Under the pieces are notes generated by a model. That model searched no databases. It saw only the letters and a list, made by a program, of their open reading frames with translations, and had not been told where the DNA came from. Positions 50,066 through 63,329 of a stretch of 64,000 nucleotides of DNA are shown here, piece by piece (position 1 is the first letter of the stretch; every line of letters starts with the position of its first letter). Origin of the DNA: Felis catus. Its lineage: Eukaryota. Made by a program: the position numbers and the translations under genes. The DNA lies in contig NC_058368.1 of NCBI RefSeq assembly GCF_018350175.1, positions 217,002,001 to 217,066,000 on the forward strand, written 5' to 3'.

Positions 50066-50678
50066 TGTTGAAAATAAGGGAAGGGATGTGACTTTTCCTA
50101 AGTGATTTACATGAAGGAGTTTGTACTTCTAAATTATTTGTCTCTTTGAAATGTATGCAAACTTGTTTATAAAACTAAATAAACCTCTTAGCAGCCTTAC
50201 CACCCACGAATATCTTTCTCAAAGAAACTGGAACCATCTCTTTGAGAAATAAGCATCAAGGAGGATGCATCCCCGATCTCCTAGTTCTCGTGGGTGGGTA
50301 GGAGCCTGACTTCAGCAGACGACTTGCTTCTAAGTTGCAAAACTACATTCTCTCATAAAGATACAGAAGTTTATTTTTCCTGTGGAGAAAACCAATTAGC
50401 TAACACAGATGGTCACTCCAAATACCAAGTGAATTTAGGATGAACTGTTTGTGACAAATGGTGCTGTGAAGTCCTCTCACTTAAGGACACATATGTAATG
50501 GTCTGTAACTTGTTGGCTGTTTAAAGGGGTGGGATTTCTTTCTGTCTTAGCCTGTGATGCACATCACATTCTAGCCCAAGGCTTAGTCAATAATAAACTT
50601 GGTTCTTTCTCTTCTACACTTGTGGAGAGGTTTTATGGACTGGGAGGAGATTTTGTTTTTAATTATCTTTTCCCAAAA
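50066..50678 (+). mobile_element. ERV1 LTR (MER34/MER39-like)
   Basis: GGGTAGGAGCCTGACTTCAG; CCAATTAGCTAACACAGATGGTCAC; AATAATAAACTTGGTTCTTTCTC near the 3' end. Confidence 0.65.
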
Positions 50679-51759
50679 CTTGTGACTCAGTGGATCATAC
50701 CTGACAAACAACTGATTAATGGCATTTCTTCCAGAAGATAAAACTCCTCAAATACTCCTTTATGACATATCAGTCCGTACGGGTTGTTTTCTAGGTTTTG
50801 TACATCGACAGGTATCCATGATATCCTTTGCCTGAGCAATATAATATCAGTTTCTGTGTACCTTTTCTCTGCTGTAGTTCAGTTTTACAAACAAACAAAC
50901 AAAAAAAAACAATCAATCAGTCAATCCATTAGTAAATAAGTACATCCGATAAATCATGTCTTTGGTCCCTAGTAGACATAATCTTCAATGCTGGTTCCCA
51001 GTGTTCTGGACTTGTGGGAGTAGGGTTTGGAGGTATTAAAATTCTTCTTGAAGAATACTCTTCACTCTTCCCTCAAGAATGATCTCACTCTTGCCCTCAA
51101 TTTACTACCTTCAGTCAATCCTTACCATATAATAAATGAAATGCTCTGATTTCATTCACCATATTTTTCTTTCGTCTGTTCTTTAACTTTGTATGCATAA
51201 AATCCTAAGGATGGACTTATTTTTCACTGGCTTCTTTTGATAAAAATCATGTTTTTTTTTTCATTGAGATATAATTAACATATAAACATATTAGTTTCAG
51301 GTATACAGTATAACGCATATTGCAAAATGATCATCACAAGAAGTCTAGTTAACATCAATCACCAAACAGTTACACATTTTTTTTCTTGTGATGAGAACTT
51401 TTAAGATCTACTCTCATAGCAATTATCAAATATACAACTATATTATCTATAGTCACTATGCTGTACATTACACCCCAAGACTTATTTATTTTGTGATTGG
51501 GAGTTTGTACTTTCTGATCCCTCTCACCCATTTTGTCCACTCCCAACCCTTCACCAATTAGGTCTCTGTATCTTTAAGTCCCATTTTTTACTTTTTGTTT
51601 TGTTTCAGTTTTTAGATTCCACATATACATGAGATTAAATAACAAGTGTTGGTGAGGATGAGGAGAAAGGGAACATTTGTGCACTATTGGTGGGAATGTA
51701 AATTGGTGCAGCCACTATGGAAAACAGTATGGAAGTTCCTCAAAAAATTAAAAATAGAA

Positions 51760-51937
51760 CCACCCTATGACACAGAAATTGCACTACTAGGTATTTATCC
51801 AAGGGATACAGGTGTGCTGTTTCAAAGGGACACCACCCTTATGTTTATAACAGCACTATCAACAATAGCCAATGTATGGAAAGAGCCCAAATGTCCATCG
51901 ATGGATGAATGGATAAAGAAGATGTGGTATGTATACA

Positions 51938-51994
<57 letters not shown>

Positions 51995-52352
51995 GAGTAT
52001 TACTCGGCAATGAAAAAGAATGAAATCTTGCCATTTGCAACTATGTGGATGGGACTAGAGGGCAATATGCTAAGCAAAATTAGTCAGTCAGAGACAGGCA
52101 AACATCCTATGACTTCATTCATATGAGGACTTTAAGACACAGAACAGATGAACATAAGGGAAGGGAAGCAAAATAATATAAAAACAAGGAGGGGGACAAA
52201 ACAGAAGGGACTCTTAAATGTGGAGAACAAACGGAGGGTTACTGGAGGGGTTATGGGAGGGGGGAAGGGCTAAATGGTTAAGGGGCATTAAGGAATCTAC
52301 TCCTGAAATCATTGTTGCCCTATATGCTAATTAATTTGGTTGTAAATTAAAA
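51760..52352 (+). mobile_element. Younger carnivore L1 3' fragment nested in the old L1
   Basis: [14 protein letters not shown]...[17 protein letters not shown] plus a carnivore-type 3'UTR; flanked by AAAAATAGAA at 51750-51759 and 52353-52362. Confidence 0.8.
51936..51989. repeat. (CA)n microsatellite inside an L1
   Basis: Read directly. Confidence 0.95.
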
Positions 52353-53464
52353 AAAAATAGAATTAAATAAATGATCCAGCAATTCCAGTTCGGGGTATTT
52401 ATCTGAAGGAATTGAAAACACTTGCTTGAAAAGATACATCCACCCCCATTTTCACTGTAGCATTATTTACAGTAGCTAAGAAATGAACAAAATATGTGTT
52501 CTTTGATGGATGTATAAAGAAAATCTAGTATATGAATACAATGGAATATTATTCATCCATAAAAAGAAGGAAATCATTCCATTTGCAACAGCGCGGATGG
52601 GCCTTGAGGGTATAATGCTAAGTGAAATAAGTCCAAGAAAGACAAATACTATATGATCTCATTCACATGTGAAATCTAAAAAAATAATAATATTTTTGTA
52701 ATTCATCCATGGTGTTGGCTGTATTAGTACTGGTTTGTTTTTTTCTTTTTATTGTTTTTATTTATTTTTATTGTATGACTATAATTTCATTGCACATCTG
52801 TTCTCATGTTGATAGGCATTTGGGATATTAACAGTTTAGGGACTTAGGAGGAACGTTACTATGAATATTTGTACAAGCTTTATAGTGATCATGTTATTTA
52901 CCTTGGGTAGAAACAGAAGCGAAATCACAGGGTCATAGGGTAGTTTTTAACCTTATAAGAGCTGCCAAAAATGTATCATTTTACATTTTCTAGTAAAGAC
53001 AGAAGATGTTTTTTTCTATTCATAATATTCTGAATTTTTTCCCTAATTATGCATAAATGTTGAATTTTCTCAAATATGTTCCCTTCATCTTTGGAAATAA
53101 TTTCGTGTCATTGTTTATCTTTATTCTGATAATATAGTGAATTATTTTAACTTAATTTCAAATGTTAATGTAATTTCGTGGGATAAATCCCACATGGGGT
53201 AAATCATGAGGCATTATACATTTAATATATTGTTGTATTCAGTTTGCTGACTTTTTTTTAAGAACTTTTTCCATCCAGTTTTATAATGGACATTTTTGTG
53301 TGTAATTTTCTGTTCTTGTATTTTTTCTTCAGATTTTGATACCACAGTTTTTCTGCACTTAGTCTCATAAAATGGAGTGAGAACTGTTTCATCCTCTATT
53401 TTTTAGAGTTTCAGGAAGATTGATGTATATATATGTGTACACATACACATATATGCATATATAC

Positions 53465-53509
<45 letters not shown>

Positions 53510-53521
53510 CACATATATATA

Positions 53522-53580
53522 TATTTTAAGTCTATTTTGAAACAGACAGAGAGAGCACATGTGCATGGGAACAGGGCAGG

Positions 53581-53636
<56 letters not shown>

Positions 53637-53763
53637 CAAGCAGGTTCTGTGCTATCAGTGCAGAGCCCAAAGGGGGACTGGATGGATCTCATGCACGGTG
53701 AGATTATGATCTGAGCCAAAATCAAGAGCTTGATGCTTAACAGACTCAGCCACCAGGTGCCCC
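53522..53763 (-). mobile_element. Can-SINE with (GA)n and an adjacent (TA/CA)n tract
   Basis: Antisense body; (GA)n at 53586-53631. Confidence 0.88.
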
Positions 53764-53938
53764 AATATTTTTTCTTTCTTAAATGTTTAGTAGAATACTC
53801 AGTGAAGCCTAGGGGCTTAATTGTTTTGCTTTTAATTCATTTTCTGTTTCAGCATTTTTATTAATCATTTATTAAAATTCATTTGAACAACTCAGTCTAG
53901 TGTTTGTATTTTTCTCTTTTTTCTCTATTTTGTTTTAA

Positions 53939-54144
53939 GTTTTACTTATTTTTTTTTTTTTGAGAGACGGAGGGAGAGAGCACAAGCCAGGGAGGGCAAA
54001 GAGAAAGAGAGACAGAATCCCATGCAGGCTCTGCACCATCAGCACATAGCCCGATGCGATGCTTGAACTCACGAACCTTGAGATCATGACCTCAGCCGAG
54101 ATCAAGAGTCGGATACTTAAACCGACTGTGCCACCCATGTGACC
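53939..54144 (-). mobile_element. Can-SINE
   Basis: Antisense body. Confidence 0.9.
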
Positions 54145-55639
54145 AGTTTTCTGTTTTTCTTTAAATGTTTATAAGATAGGTAGTAATATGTCCCCTTTCA
54201 TTTCTGATATTACTAATACATGTTTTACTTCTAAAAATTGTTTAGTCTCTCTAGTTATAAATTATATTCACCTTTCAAAGAACTAATTTTTAGTTTTAAA
54301 TCTCTTCTCTGTATTTGTCTTTCTCAGTTTCATCTATAATTTCTTTATTTCAATTATTATTTTTTTTCTTTCTATTTATGTTGGACTCAATTTGCTTTTT
54401 CTTCCCTACTTTCTATAGATTGATTGATTTTAAACTTAAAAAAATGTTTTTATATGAACAGTTAATGCTATAGTTTCCTCTTCAACACAACATTAGCTAC
54501 ATCTCACTGATTTTGCATTTTTCTTTCTATTATAATTCAATTTGACATATTTTCTAATCCTCCCTGTAATTCCTTCTTTAACCATTTATTTAATTTTCTT
54601 CCTAAAAAAGGATTTTTCTAGATTTCTTCATGTTAATGACCTCTAATTTAATTTTGTTGTGGTTATAGATACCTTTGGAATTAAATGGCTAATTGTTTTA
54701 AAGTCTATCATATGATTTTTGGAGAGAAACATTCCAATTGCAGTAGTAGAAATTATATTTTCTATAGTTTTAGCTGTGGTGTTAAAAATGTCAAGTGGCT
54801 CAAATTGATTGATAATGATATTCAAATTCATAGTTTAAATTTTTGGTTGCATGTTTTAACAATTACTGAGAGGTTGATAAAAATTCTTCAACCGTGAATG
54901 TGAATTTGTCAATTTGCATGTTTAGTTTTGATGGGTTTTCTTTATGCGTTTTAACTCTATTCTCAAATAAATACATATTTTTATCAGCTTTATTTCCCAG
55001 ACAAATCACTCATTTGTCATGATGAACCATCATCTGTCTTCATTGTCCTGAAATGCACTTTTTCTGATACTGGCATTTCCATTCTAGTTTTCTTACGCTT
55101 ATAATTTGTCTGATGAATTTGTTATTTTTTACTTTGAAACCTTGTATTTTTGTAGTCAATGTGTACTTCTTCAGACAGCAGAGAGCAACATCATGCTTTT
55201 TATCCCATCTGGCCATTTTGTTTTTCCCACCATGATGGTTCATGTTCATGTAATTACTGATATGGTTTTGTTCAAGCTTATCCTCTTGCAACGCTATTTG
55301 CTCTCGTGGTGCCTCTTTTTTAATTTTTTCTAATTCTAGAAGGAATTCTACACCACTTGGCTTCCTAGACCTTCATGATTCCCTCCAGTATTTTCTCCTC
55401 ATCTTTCTTCTCTGTGAAGAGTATACGGCAGAGGACTCCCTGTGCTGCTACAAATAGATAGAGGGTCTTTAGGTGGAGTGACCACTTGAAGGAGAATCAC
55501 TGCTTCAAGAAAAATCTGCATTGGAATTTGTGTAAGAATCCTACGAGTGAGTGTTAAAGCCCCTGAGATTTGGGGATTGTTTATTGTAACAGCCGGTATT
55601 ATGTTAATACATCACTAACTATATTAGAAACCTACTTTA

Positions 55640-55857
55640 GGGGCCACCTGGGTGGCTCAGTTGATTAAGCATCCAACTTTGGCTCAGGTCATGATCTCAT
55701 GGTTTGTGAGTTTGAGCCTTGCATCGGGCTCTGTGCTGACAGCTCAGAGCCTGGAGCTTGCTTCAGGTTCTGTGTCTTCCTCTTTTACTGCCCCTCCCCT
55801 GCTCATACTCTGTCTCTGTTTCTCTCTTTCAAATATATATACAAACATTGAAAAAAT
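55640..55857 (+). mobile_element. Can-SINE
   Basis: Head, body, tail. Confidence 0.92.
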
Positions 55858-57346
55858 TATTAAAATATTAACCTTCATTCCGCCCTCCAAGAATTTAGTT
55901 CCTTTGAGATGTCCCTAGAGTGCACCTTTTGTATGCCCACCTAGCCTACACCCTAGCCCATCTGCCCAAAAGCCTATTCCTTTTTCATCTTTGAGGTTCG
56001 CATCAAGATACATTTCATTTCCCTAAATATAACTTAAAGTTGAATTTTTAAAGTATCCTCATTTTCAAGTATGTCAACCATTTGGAAACATAATAGATTT
56101 ATAACTATTACAGATAATTAGTAGTGTTTTAATGTGACACAAGGTGTAAATATTGCTGTCTTGTGTTGAACACTGTTTACTGCATCTTCCATTTTTATAC
56201 AGTATAATTAATTATCTCATTCCAAAACATCTTATTAAAAAAAACAAAGGTGAGTCTTTGCCTCTAGGATTGTAAGATATTTCAAAAATTCTCCTTGCAC
56301 ATTCTTCATTCCTTGAGGAACTGATAAATTCCATTTATCTGAAAATAATATCCAATCTCATAATTAAAAAAAAAATGGTGTAGTCTATCTAGATTCCACA
56401 TTCTTCACATTTTTGTAAAGTAATGAAATCACCTTTCAGAATGCCCTGACATAAAGCTTTTAGAGGAGTATTGAATTTTCTCCTGCTGTTTGTGTGCCCA
56501 CAAAGATATACTTAAGGGAAACATGGGAGAGAGAAAAAATAAGTATCCCACTTGTTAAGACCCCTACTCTGAAGTAAGGCAAATGCAGATTAAAGGTTTC
56601 TTTTTCTACTTATTGGTGTTGTGACTTAAGAGAATTTGTTTGACTTCAAGGCCCTCATATAAATAACAGAAAACATGACAAAGAATAAGTATTTTTTGGT
56701 GAGGTGAAACATAATAACAATCCTCAAGTGTCTCATATACTTCCTAGAACAGATGAGCAGGTAATTTATGTCTACCATTATCGTATTTTATGAAATGATT
56801 TTTCTTTAGTTTACATCAAAATGTGTTCTTGAATATAGCTGTCAGATGAACAGGAGCAAAGATTCTCTTTTCCTCATCACTGCAACCCCCCCACACAAGG
56901 AACAGCACACCTGTTACAGACTTTCCATTTCCAAATAACCATACCACTAATAATCTAATAAAATAACAAAAAACTAAAATATTAAATATGTGTAACCGTT
57001 TCATTGAATGCATTGAATTCATTGTGGATACACACATAGAAAATGATTTTTGTCTCTCTTTGGCTCTCAGGTAGTTCAAATTACCCCTTCCCACTCCTTT
57101 AAATGTCATCTTGGGCAGATGTGATAGCTTTCTGTTCAGTTGAAGCTTTTCTAAGCAAAGCTTTTTCCAGTCCAAAGTTAAATTCCAATCTCACATCCAA
57201 TTCACAATTTCCCCTGCCTCTCAGTTTAGGCCACTGAGATTCTGGGACTAGGGGTGCCTCAGTAGCCATGATTATTCTTTTACTATAACTTTCTCCATCT
57301 TCTGGTTTGTCCAGAGTTGAGAGGAAGAGAAATAAAAAAAGATGCA

Positions 57347-58170
57347 TGTTGTAAACAGAATAATGGTTCCCCAAAGAAGTCCACATACAGATCCTTGGAG
57401 CCCGTGACAATGAGCCTTACCTGACAAAAGGTATTCTGAAGATGTGATTGAGGTTACAGAGATCACATTGAGATGAGATTATCCTAGACTGTTTGAGAGG
57501 GTACAATCAAATCACAAGGGCCTTTAAAGGGAGGGAAGCTTTGCCATCTGTGATCAGAGTTGATTTAGTGGTGCCTGGGTGGCTCAGTCGGTTGAGCATC
57601 CGACTTAGGCCCAGGTCATGATCTCAAGATTCCTGAGTTCCAGCCCTGTGTCAGGCTCCCTGCTGTCAGCTCTAAGTCAGTTTCAGATCCTCAGTCTCCC
57701 TCTGTCTCTGCCTCTCCCCTCTCATGCTCTCTCTTTCTTTCCCTCTCAAAACAAACAAACAAACAAACATTAAAAAAAAGATGCTTTAAAGAAAGAAGGT
57801 TGAAGAGATGGCTTTTATATAAGAAGGGTGTTATGCCCAGTTCGTTGTTCTGAGATGTAAAGTATTTGGGAAAAAGACTAGAGAGAGACTTGTAGGAGAT
57901 ACAGGCTGCCTCCAGTCGAATGCTGGAGTGGAAGAGGAACATCAGTCCGATAACTGAAAGGAACTTAATTTTGCCAATGCTTTAATAACCAAAAATGAGA
58001 TTCTCTTCTTAAGCTTCCAGAATGAAATAAGGTCTGTTGACACCTTGATTTTAGTCTTGTGAAATCCATAGGGATTTCTAACCTATATAACTATAACATA
58101 ATGGATATGTGTTGTTTTAAGCCACTGGGTATGAGGTAATTTGTTTCAGCTATGATAGAAAAATTACACA
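57347..58170 (+). mobile_element. MaLR LTR (MLT1D/E-like) with a nested SINE
   Basis: TGTTGTAAACAGAATAATGGTTCCCCAAAGA start; GACACCTTGATTTTAG; TGTTGTTTTAAGCCACT. Confidence 0.75.
57569..57779 (+). mobile_element. Can-SINE nested in an MLT1
   Basis: Head, body, (CAAA)n tail. Confidence 0.9.
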
Positions 58171-58802
58171 GGAGATAACTAACACAGCTCATGCTGTTTA
58201 TAATTCCTTCTCAGCTGTCCCTGCTTCACATCGCAGGCATCGAAATTCCGAATTATCTTGGGATGAATTTATGAATTTTCGGAGCCCTCAAGGGTCTTCT
58301 GTGCTTCAGAATTTCCTGACACGATGCAGTATTAGGCAGAAACTTCTTCACCATATTCTTTCAACTTGTCCCAGAGCGCTACACTGGTTCCTCACCTTGG
58401 TTGGCTACTTTCCTAGGAAGAGTCCCATCAAAATTTTTTGAGCCTGGTTATAGCCCAATAGTGTCACTTGACCTACAGGCAAATCTTAACAGTCTTGCCT
58501 TTCATACACTGAGGGCAGAAGATTCCATGGCCCCAGTGATGCAATCTTGCTTTTCCCCTGGTTTAGTGCAGAGGTGGGGGACCGGGTAGGAGAAATACGA
58601 CAATAGTTCACACTAGACCCCAAAATTCCATGCTTCACTTTCTCGACAAGCCCTATTTTTATGTTATGTAAGCTGGTGTTGGGGGACTGTTGTGGGTAAT
58701 GCTCACTGATATGAGTTGGCAATTTACATTAACTTGAAAACCCCTTTCAAGTTATCACCAGTGCTCATTTTTTTTCTTTTTTCTTTTATTTATTATTTCT
58801 TA

Positions 58803-59012
58803 AATGTTTATTTATTTTTGAGAGAGAGAGAGCATGAGCAGGAGCACGAGTGGGGGAAGGGCAGAAAGAGAGGGAGACACAGAATCTGAAACAGGCTCCA
58901 GGCTCTGAGCTGTCAGTACAGAGCCCGATGCGGGGCTTGAACTCACAGACTGTGAGATCATGACCTGAGCTGAAGTCAGATGCTTAACCGACTGAGCCAC
59001 CCAGGTGTCCCT
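58803..59012 (-). mobile_element. Can-SINE
   Basis: Antisense body; TSD-like CTCATTTTT. Confidence 0.93.
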
Positions 59013-59149
59013 CATTTTTTCAAACAACCAAAAAAAAAAAAAAAGGAGAGAAAAGAAAGAAAGTAATGAAGACAACACCCAAAAGCAACACAACATCACA
59101 AACTTTTACACATGAATATGTGTCATATATATATATATATATATTTTAA

Positions 59150-59382
59150 TTTTTATGCATTTATTTTGACAGAGAAAGCTGGGGAGGGACAGAGAGAGGG
59201 AGAGACAGAATCTTAAGCAGGCTCTGTGCTGTCAGTGCAGAGTGTGACATAGGGCTTGAATTCATGAACCCTGAGATCATGACCTGAGTGGAGACAAGAC
59301 TTGAACTCACAAACCCTGAGATCATGGACTGAGTCGAGACCAAGAGTTAGATGCTTAACCGACTGAGCCACCCAGGTGCCCC
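59150..59382 (-). mobile_element. Can-SINE with an internal 45-bp tandem duplication
   Basis: CTTGAA...CCCTGAGATCATG..CTGAGT.GAGAC occurs twice. Confidence 0.9.
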
Positions 59383-60038
59383 TGTAAATGCATTATATTA
59401 ATATTGTCTTTAAGTGTATTTTAAAGATAAAAATTATACAATTAATATAAATATGACTCTCTCTTTCTTTCATCGTGGCCTCCTTAGTATTCTTAATGGC
59501 TACACAGGCTGGAAAGTGGATTCTGAAACTAAACATTGGTCAAAAAAGGGTGATATTAAACCCAGGTCTTTCCTCAGCATCATATTTTACAAGTTCTTCC
59601 TGCACATAACAGAAACATAAGTACCCTTCCGAGCACCCTTCTCTGGCCTCATGAGAAGTGATAGTAAAAATCACAAGATATCTTCAGGGACAACCAACCA
59701 TACTGAAAAATGAACTAGAAAACTAACCCATAGTTGCCTCCTTTACCATAGTCATGTGAATGCAAGCATCACTGGAAACAAATAAGCCATTTTCACATTT
59801 TCTTTAGTAGGAAGAGCTCTCAGTTTGTAGGAAAGGAGCTTGCCAGGAAAGAGTGATAGAATGAAAAGAACACAGATTATAAGAATTAAATAATTCATAC
59901 AATTGTAAAGCTGTGTTATTGGGCTCAGACAAACCTTTTTCTTTTCTTCTTTTTTTTTTCCCCCCAAGATAACTCCTAAATTCACCACTGGCTTGTACCA
60001 TCTTCCACAGAAGATGGAAAAATTCACTCCAAGAATGA

Positions 60039-60232
60039 GGGGTGCCTGGATGGCTTACTTGGTTAAGCGTCCGACTTTAGCTCAGGTCATGACCTCACAG
60101 TTTGTGGGTTCAAGCACTGCGTCAGGCTCTGTGCTGACAGCTCAGATTCTGGGTCTCCCTCGGCCCCTTCCCTACTCATACTGTGTGTCTCTCTCTCAAA
60201 AATGAGTAAACATTTTTAAAAATTAAAAAAAG
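60039..60232 (+). mobile_element. Can-SINE
   Basis: Head, body, tail. Confidence 0.9.
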
Positions 60233-61253
60233 AAAGTTGAATCCAGGCTTTTACGAATTGCTCATGTGAGCTGTTCTCTTTGGCAGAAACTTAAGAACCC
60301 ACATAAAAACCCTTATACATATTTTTTATTATAAAAAATTGAATTTTTAAGCTACTTTTTCATTGTCTACTCCTACAAGATGACTACAATGAAACTGAGT
60401 AAAACAATTTTCAAAGGCAGTAATAAACTTGTCACATAAATGGATGATGTAAAAATTCCATTTCATTGGCTTTAAGATTTTCATAACTTTCTTGTCCAGG
60501 AAGAAACCAATATTAGCACTGCTGGGAATCAAACTTCTTACTTGAAAGAACAGTAGAAACGGCAGCAAAGACTGTGGAAAGATTGAACATGAAAGGGAAA
60601 GATTTAGAGAATCAATCAACAGGAAACTGTCCAACATTCTTTCCCTGAAGAAAAACCAGCATATAAACCTGCTGTCTTTATTATCTAGCTTGGAGCAGCT
60701 CTCTCAGTGGGTTGAAACTTTGTTTACTTTTTTATTCCCTCTACCTTTCTACCTGCAGCTAATTCCTGGCAGGATGCCATCAGGGTATTTAAACCCTTTT
60801 AGATCTATGTCAGAAAAGAAAGAGCAGTTGACTGTATTGAAATAGATAGTATTAAAGCTTCCTTCATGTGAAACAAGGTTAAAAACACACAGGGGTGAAG
60901 ATTAAGCCATTTGGGAGATAAATGTGACAAATTTTCAAGATTCTATAATTTTTAGTCCTTAAGAAAAACTTAATGGTGTCTATATGTTCTAGGTTATGTT
61001 AGGCTAAACTTAAATCTTTATAACATCATGGGAAAAAACTATAAAACAGTTTCTCATGGTTTTTCAAGTTATCTATAGGACTATTGACATATGATACAAC
61101 AATCCTTCAGTTTTCTTTAATGTTCAGATAATATCAACAAGGCTGCTAGTGGTCTAAGAAACAGAAATCCGTTGACTTGTGTGAGCCTGCTATTGTTCCT
61201 CTATAATAGGATAAAAATATGTACTCATATTGCATTTCAATACCAAAAAAGTC

Positions 61254-61285
<32 letters not shown>

Positions 61286-61892
61286 TTTGTATAACTTAGC
61301 TAATGATTCTTTGTGACCACCCCTCTGACTTTTCCGAAGTAATGGTAGGATTTGCAATAGACAATTAACTATAGCTGAATTCTTTCCAGTTGGCACATGT
61401 GTATCTTCTCAGTTTAATATATTAAAGAGACATATTTGTCTCTCCATTTTTGCAAGGATTTACTCTAAGTTATACAAGGCTTCCTCTCCCAGTATCAAAC
61501 TTTAATGCTTAATCTTAATGATTATACATGTTCCCTTTGTTCACAGCTTGAGCAATACCATTGATCTCTAGTCTGGATTTACCAAAATATGGCTTTCTTC
61601 TTCTAGCAATACTGTATAGTGAAAGGGATCAAAAAAGGCACACGTAATCAATGATGTCTTATTCTAAATGATATATATGTTCTCCTTTAGGTTCATTCTT
61701 GAAGAAGGGCACAAAGAAATTGATTCAAGGGCAGGGCTGGAGCAACTCAAATTTGTTAGCTGAACATATTGTTCAGTGTAGTGAGTTCATTATAACCCTT
61801 GTTTCCTCATTATTCACCAAAAGAAAATAAAAATAGAATGCTATTGACTTTCTTCCAATCGGGAAAACAATTCTTACAAATAGTATATATCC

Positions 61893-62115
61893 GGGACGTC
61901 TGGGTGGCTCAGTTGGTTAAGCGTCTGACTTCAGCTCAGGTCATGATCTCACACTCTGTGAGTTCGAGCCCTGCGTAGGGCTCTGTGCTGACAGCTCAGA
62001 GCCTGGAGCCTGCTTTGAATTCTGTGTCTCTCCCTCTCTCTGCCCTGCCCCCACTCACACTCTGTCTGTCTCTCTCTCAAAAATAAATGAAAACATTAAA
62101 AAAATTTAAAAAAAA
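61893..62115 (+). mobile_element. Can-SINE
   Basis: Head, body, tail; TSD AAATAGTATATA. Confidence 0.93.
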
Positions 62116-62175
62116 TAGTATATAACACATCCTATATGACACCAAGGAAAAAAATTCTTTAACTTCAATTATTTT

Positions 62176-62367
62176 GGGGGCACCTGGGTGGCTTGGTTGG
62201 ATAAACATCTCACTTTGGCTCAGGTCATGATCTCGTGGTTTGTGAGTTTGAGTGCTTCATGGGGCTCTCTGTTGTCATCACAGAGCCCCTTTTGATTCCT
62301 CTGTCCCCCTCTCTCTGCCCCTCCCCTGCTAGTGCTCTCTCAAAAATACATAAATCATTAAAAAAAA
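62176..62367 (+). mobile_element. Can-SINE
   Basis: Head, body, tail; TSD TTCAATTATTTT. Confidence 0.92.
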
Positions 62368-62911
62368 TAGATTCAATTATTTTTTAAACTTTACAGAAGA
62401 GCAGGCTCACGTGAGTTCTACCATCTATTTAGGAAAATTTATTCATCTGGGGAATAAACACAAATAATTTATCCACCAGAACACTTACCCACCTCTAAAT
62501 CATTTATTAACTTTTGTTTATTTTATTTCCAAAGTAGAAAAGCTCTTATAGCAGAGTCTGGAGGCAAAATATGAGGAAGGACGATAATATATTTCATTTA
62601 AATCTTACATCTAGGCTGGCAAAAGCCTGGTTCTATTTGTGCGTGGTGGTCTATTCATTCATGTATTAGAATTTGCTCACTGAAAAGATATTTTTAACTT
62701 GTGGGGAAATATGACCAAATACTTGTTTGAAAAAAGACAATCTGATAATTAAAGAAAAGTGTATGTTTGGTGGTTTTCCATTTGCAGGAAGGTATCAAAC
62801 TTTAAACAATTATTTTATTGTAAATGTTAGGCATTTCCAACTCCTTCCTTTTTTACTCCTTTCTGCATTTTAGTGCAAAACAAACCCCCAATTAAAAATC
62901 CATCTAGGCAT

Positions 62912-63098
62912 GGGACACCTGGGTGACTCAGTCCATAAGCGGCCACCTCTTGATTTAGGCTCAGGTCATAATCTCATGGTTTGTGAGTTCAAGGCCTCTG
63001 TCCTGTCAGCCTGGAGCCTGCTTGGGATTATCTCTCTCCCTCTCTCTCTGCCCCCCACCCACCTCTCTCAAAATAAATGAATTAACTTAAAAAAAAAT
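62912..63098 (+). mobile_element. Can-SINE
   Basis: Head, body, tail. Confidence 0.9.
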
Positions 63099-63329
63099 CA
63101 GTCTAAGCAAGTCTGTAAGTCTATGCTTGAGATTCACAAGACAAAATAAGATTTTTTTTAAATTTCCATATACCTTCAAACACGGACACGCTCTAGTGTT
63201 AACTTAGATTCAACTTTTCAGGAAGCTATCAATTTCATAAGGTAAGCTGTTTCACTCAATATTTCAGTACACGCTTAGTTTTCTAGTATGCCTAGAGACC
63301 AAAAAATAAATATCGTAAAATTGATCGGA

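Larger units (their letters stand above)
51253..52685 (-). mobile_element. Old L1 (L1MA-like) with a 5' inversion
   Basis: Poly(T) and antisense 3'UTR at 51253-51635, then sense-orientation upstream L1 sequence at 51636-51759 and 52363-52685. Confidence 0.7.
52690..55310 (-). mobile_element. Ancient degraded L1M fragments
   Basis: T-rich antisense ORF2-like sequence; minus ORF remnants such as WDKKHDVALCCLK (endonuclease-like). Confidence 0.6.

Noticed and set aside
2077..63100. Recurrent short ORFs with AQSVK/PTLAQVMIS/LTAQSLEPASDS and LSLSL motifs, which look like a peptide family
   Set aside because: They are translations of Can-SINE copies and their (CT)n tracts, not genes.
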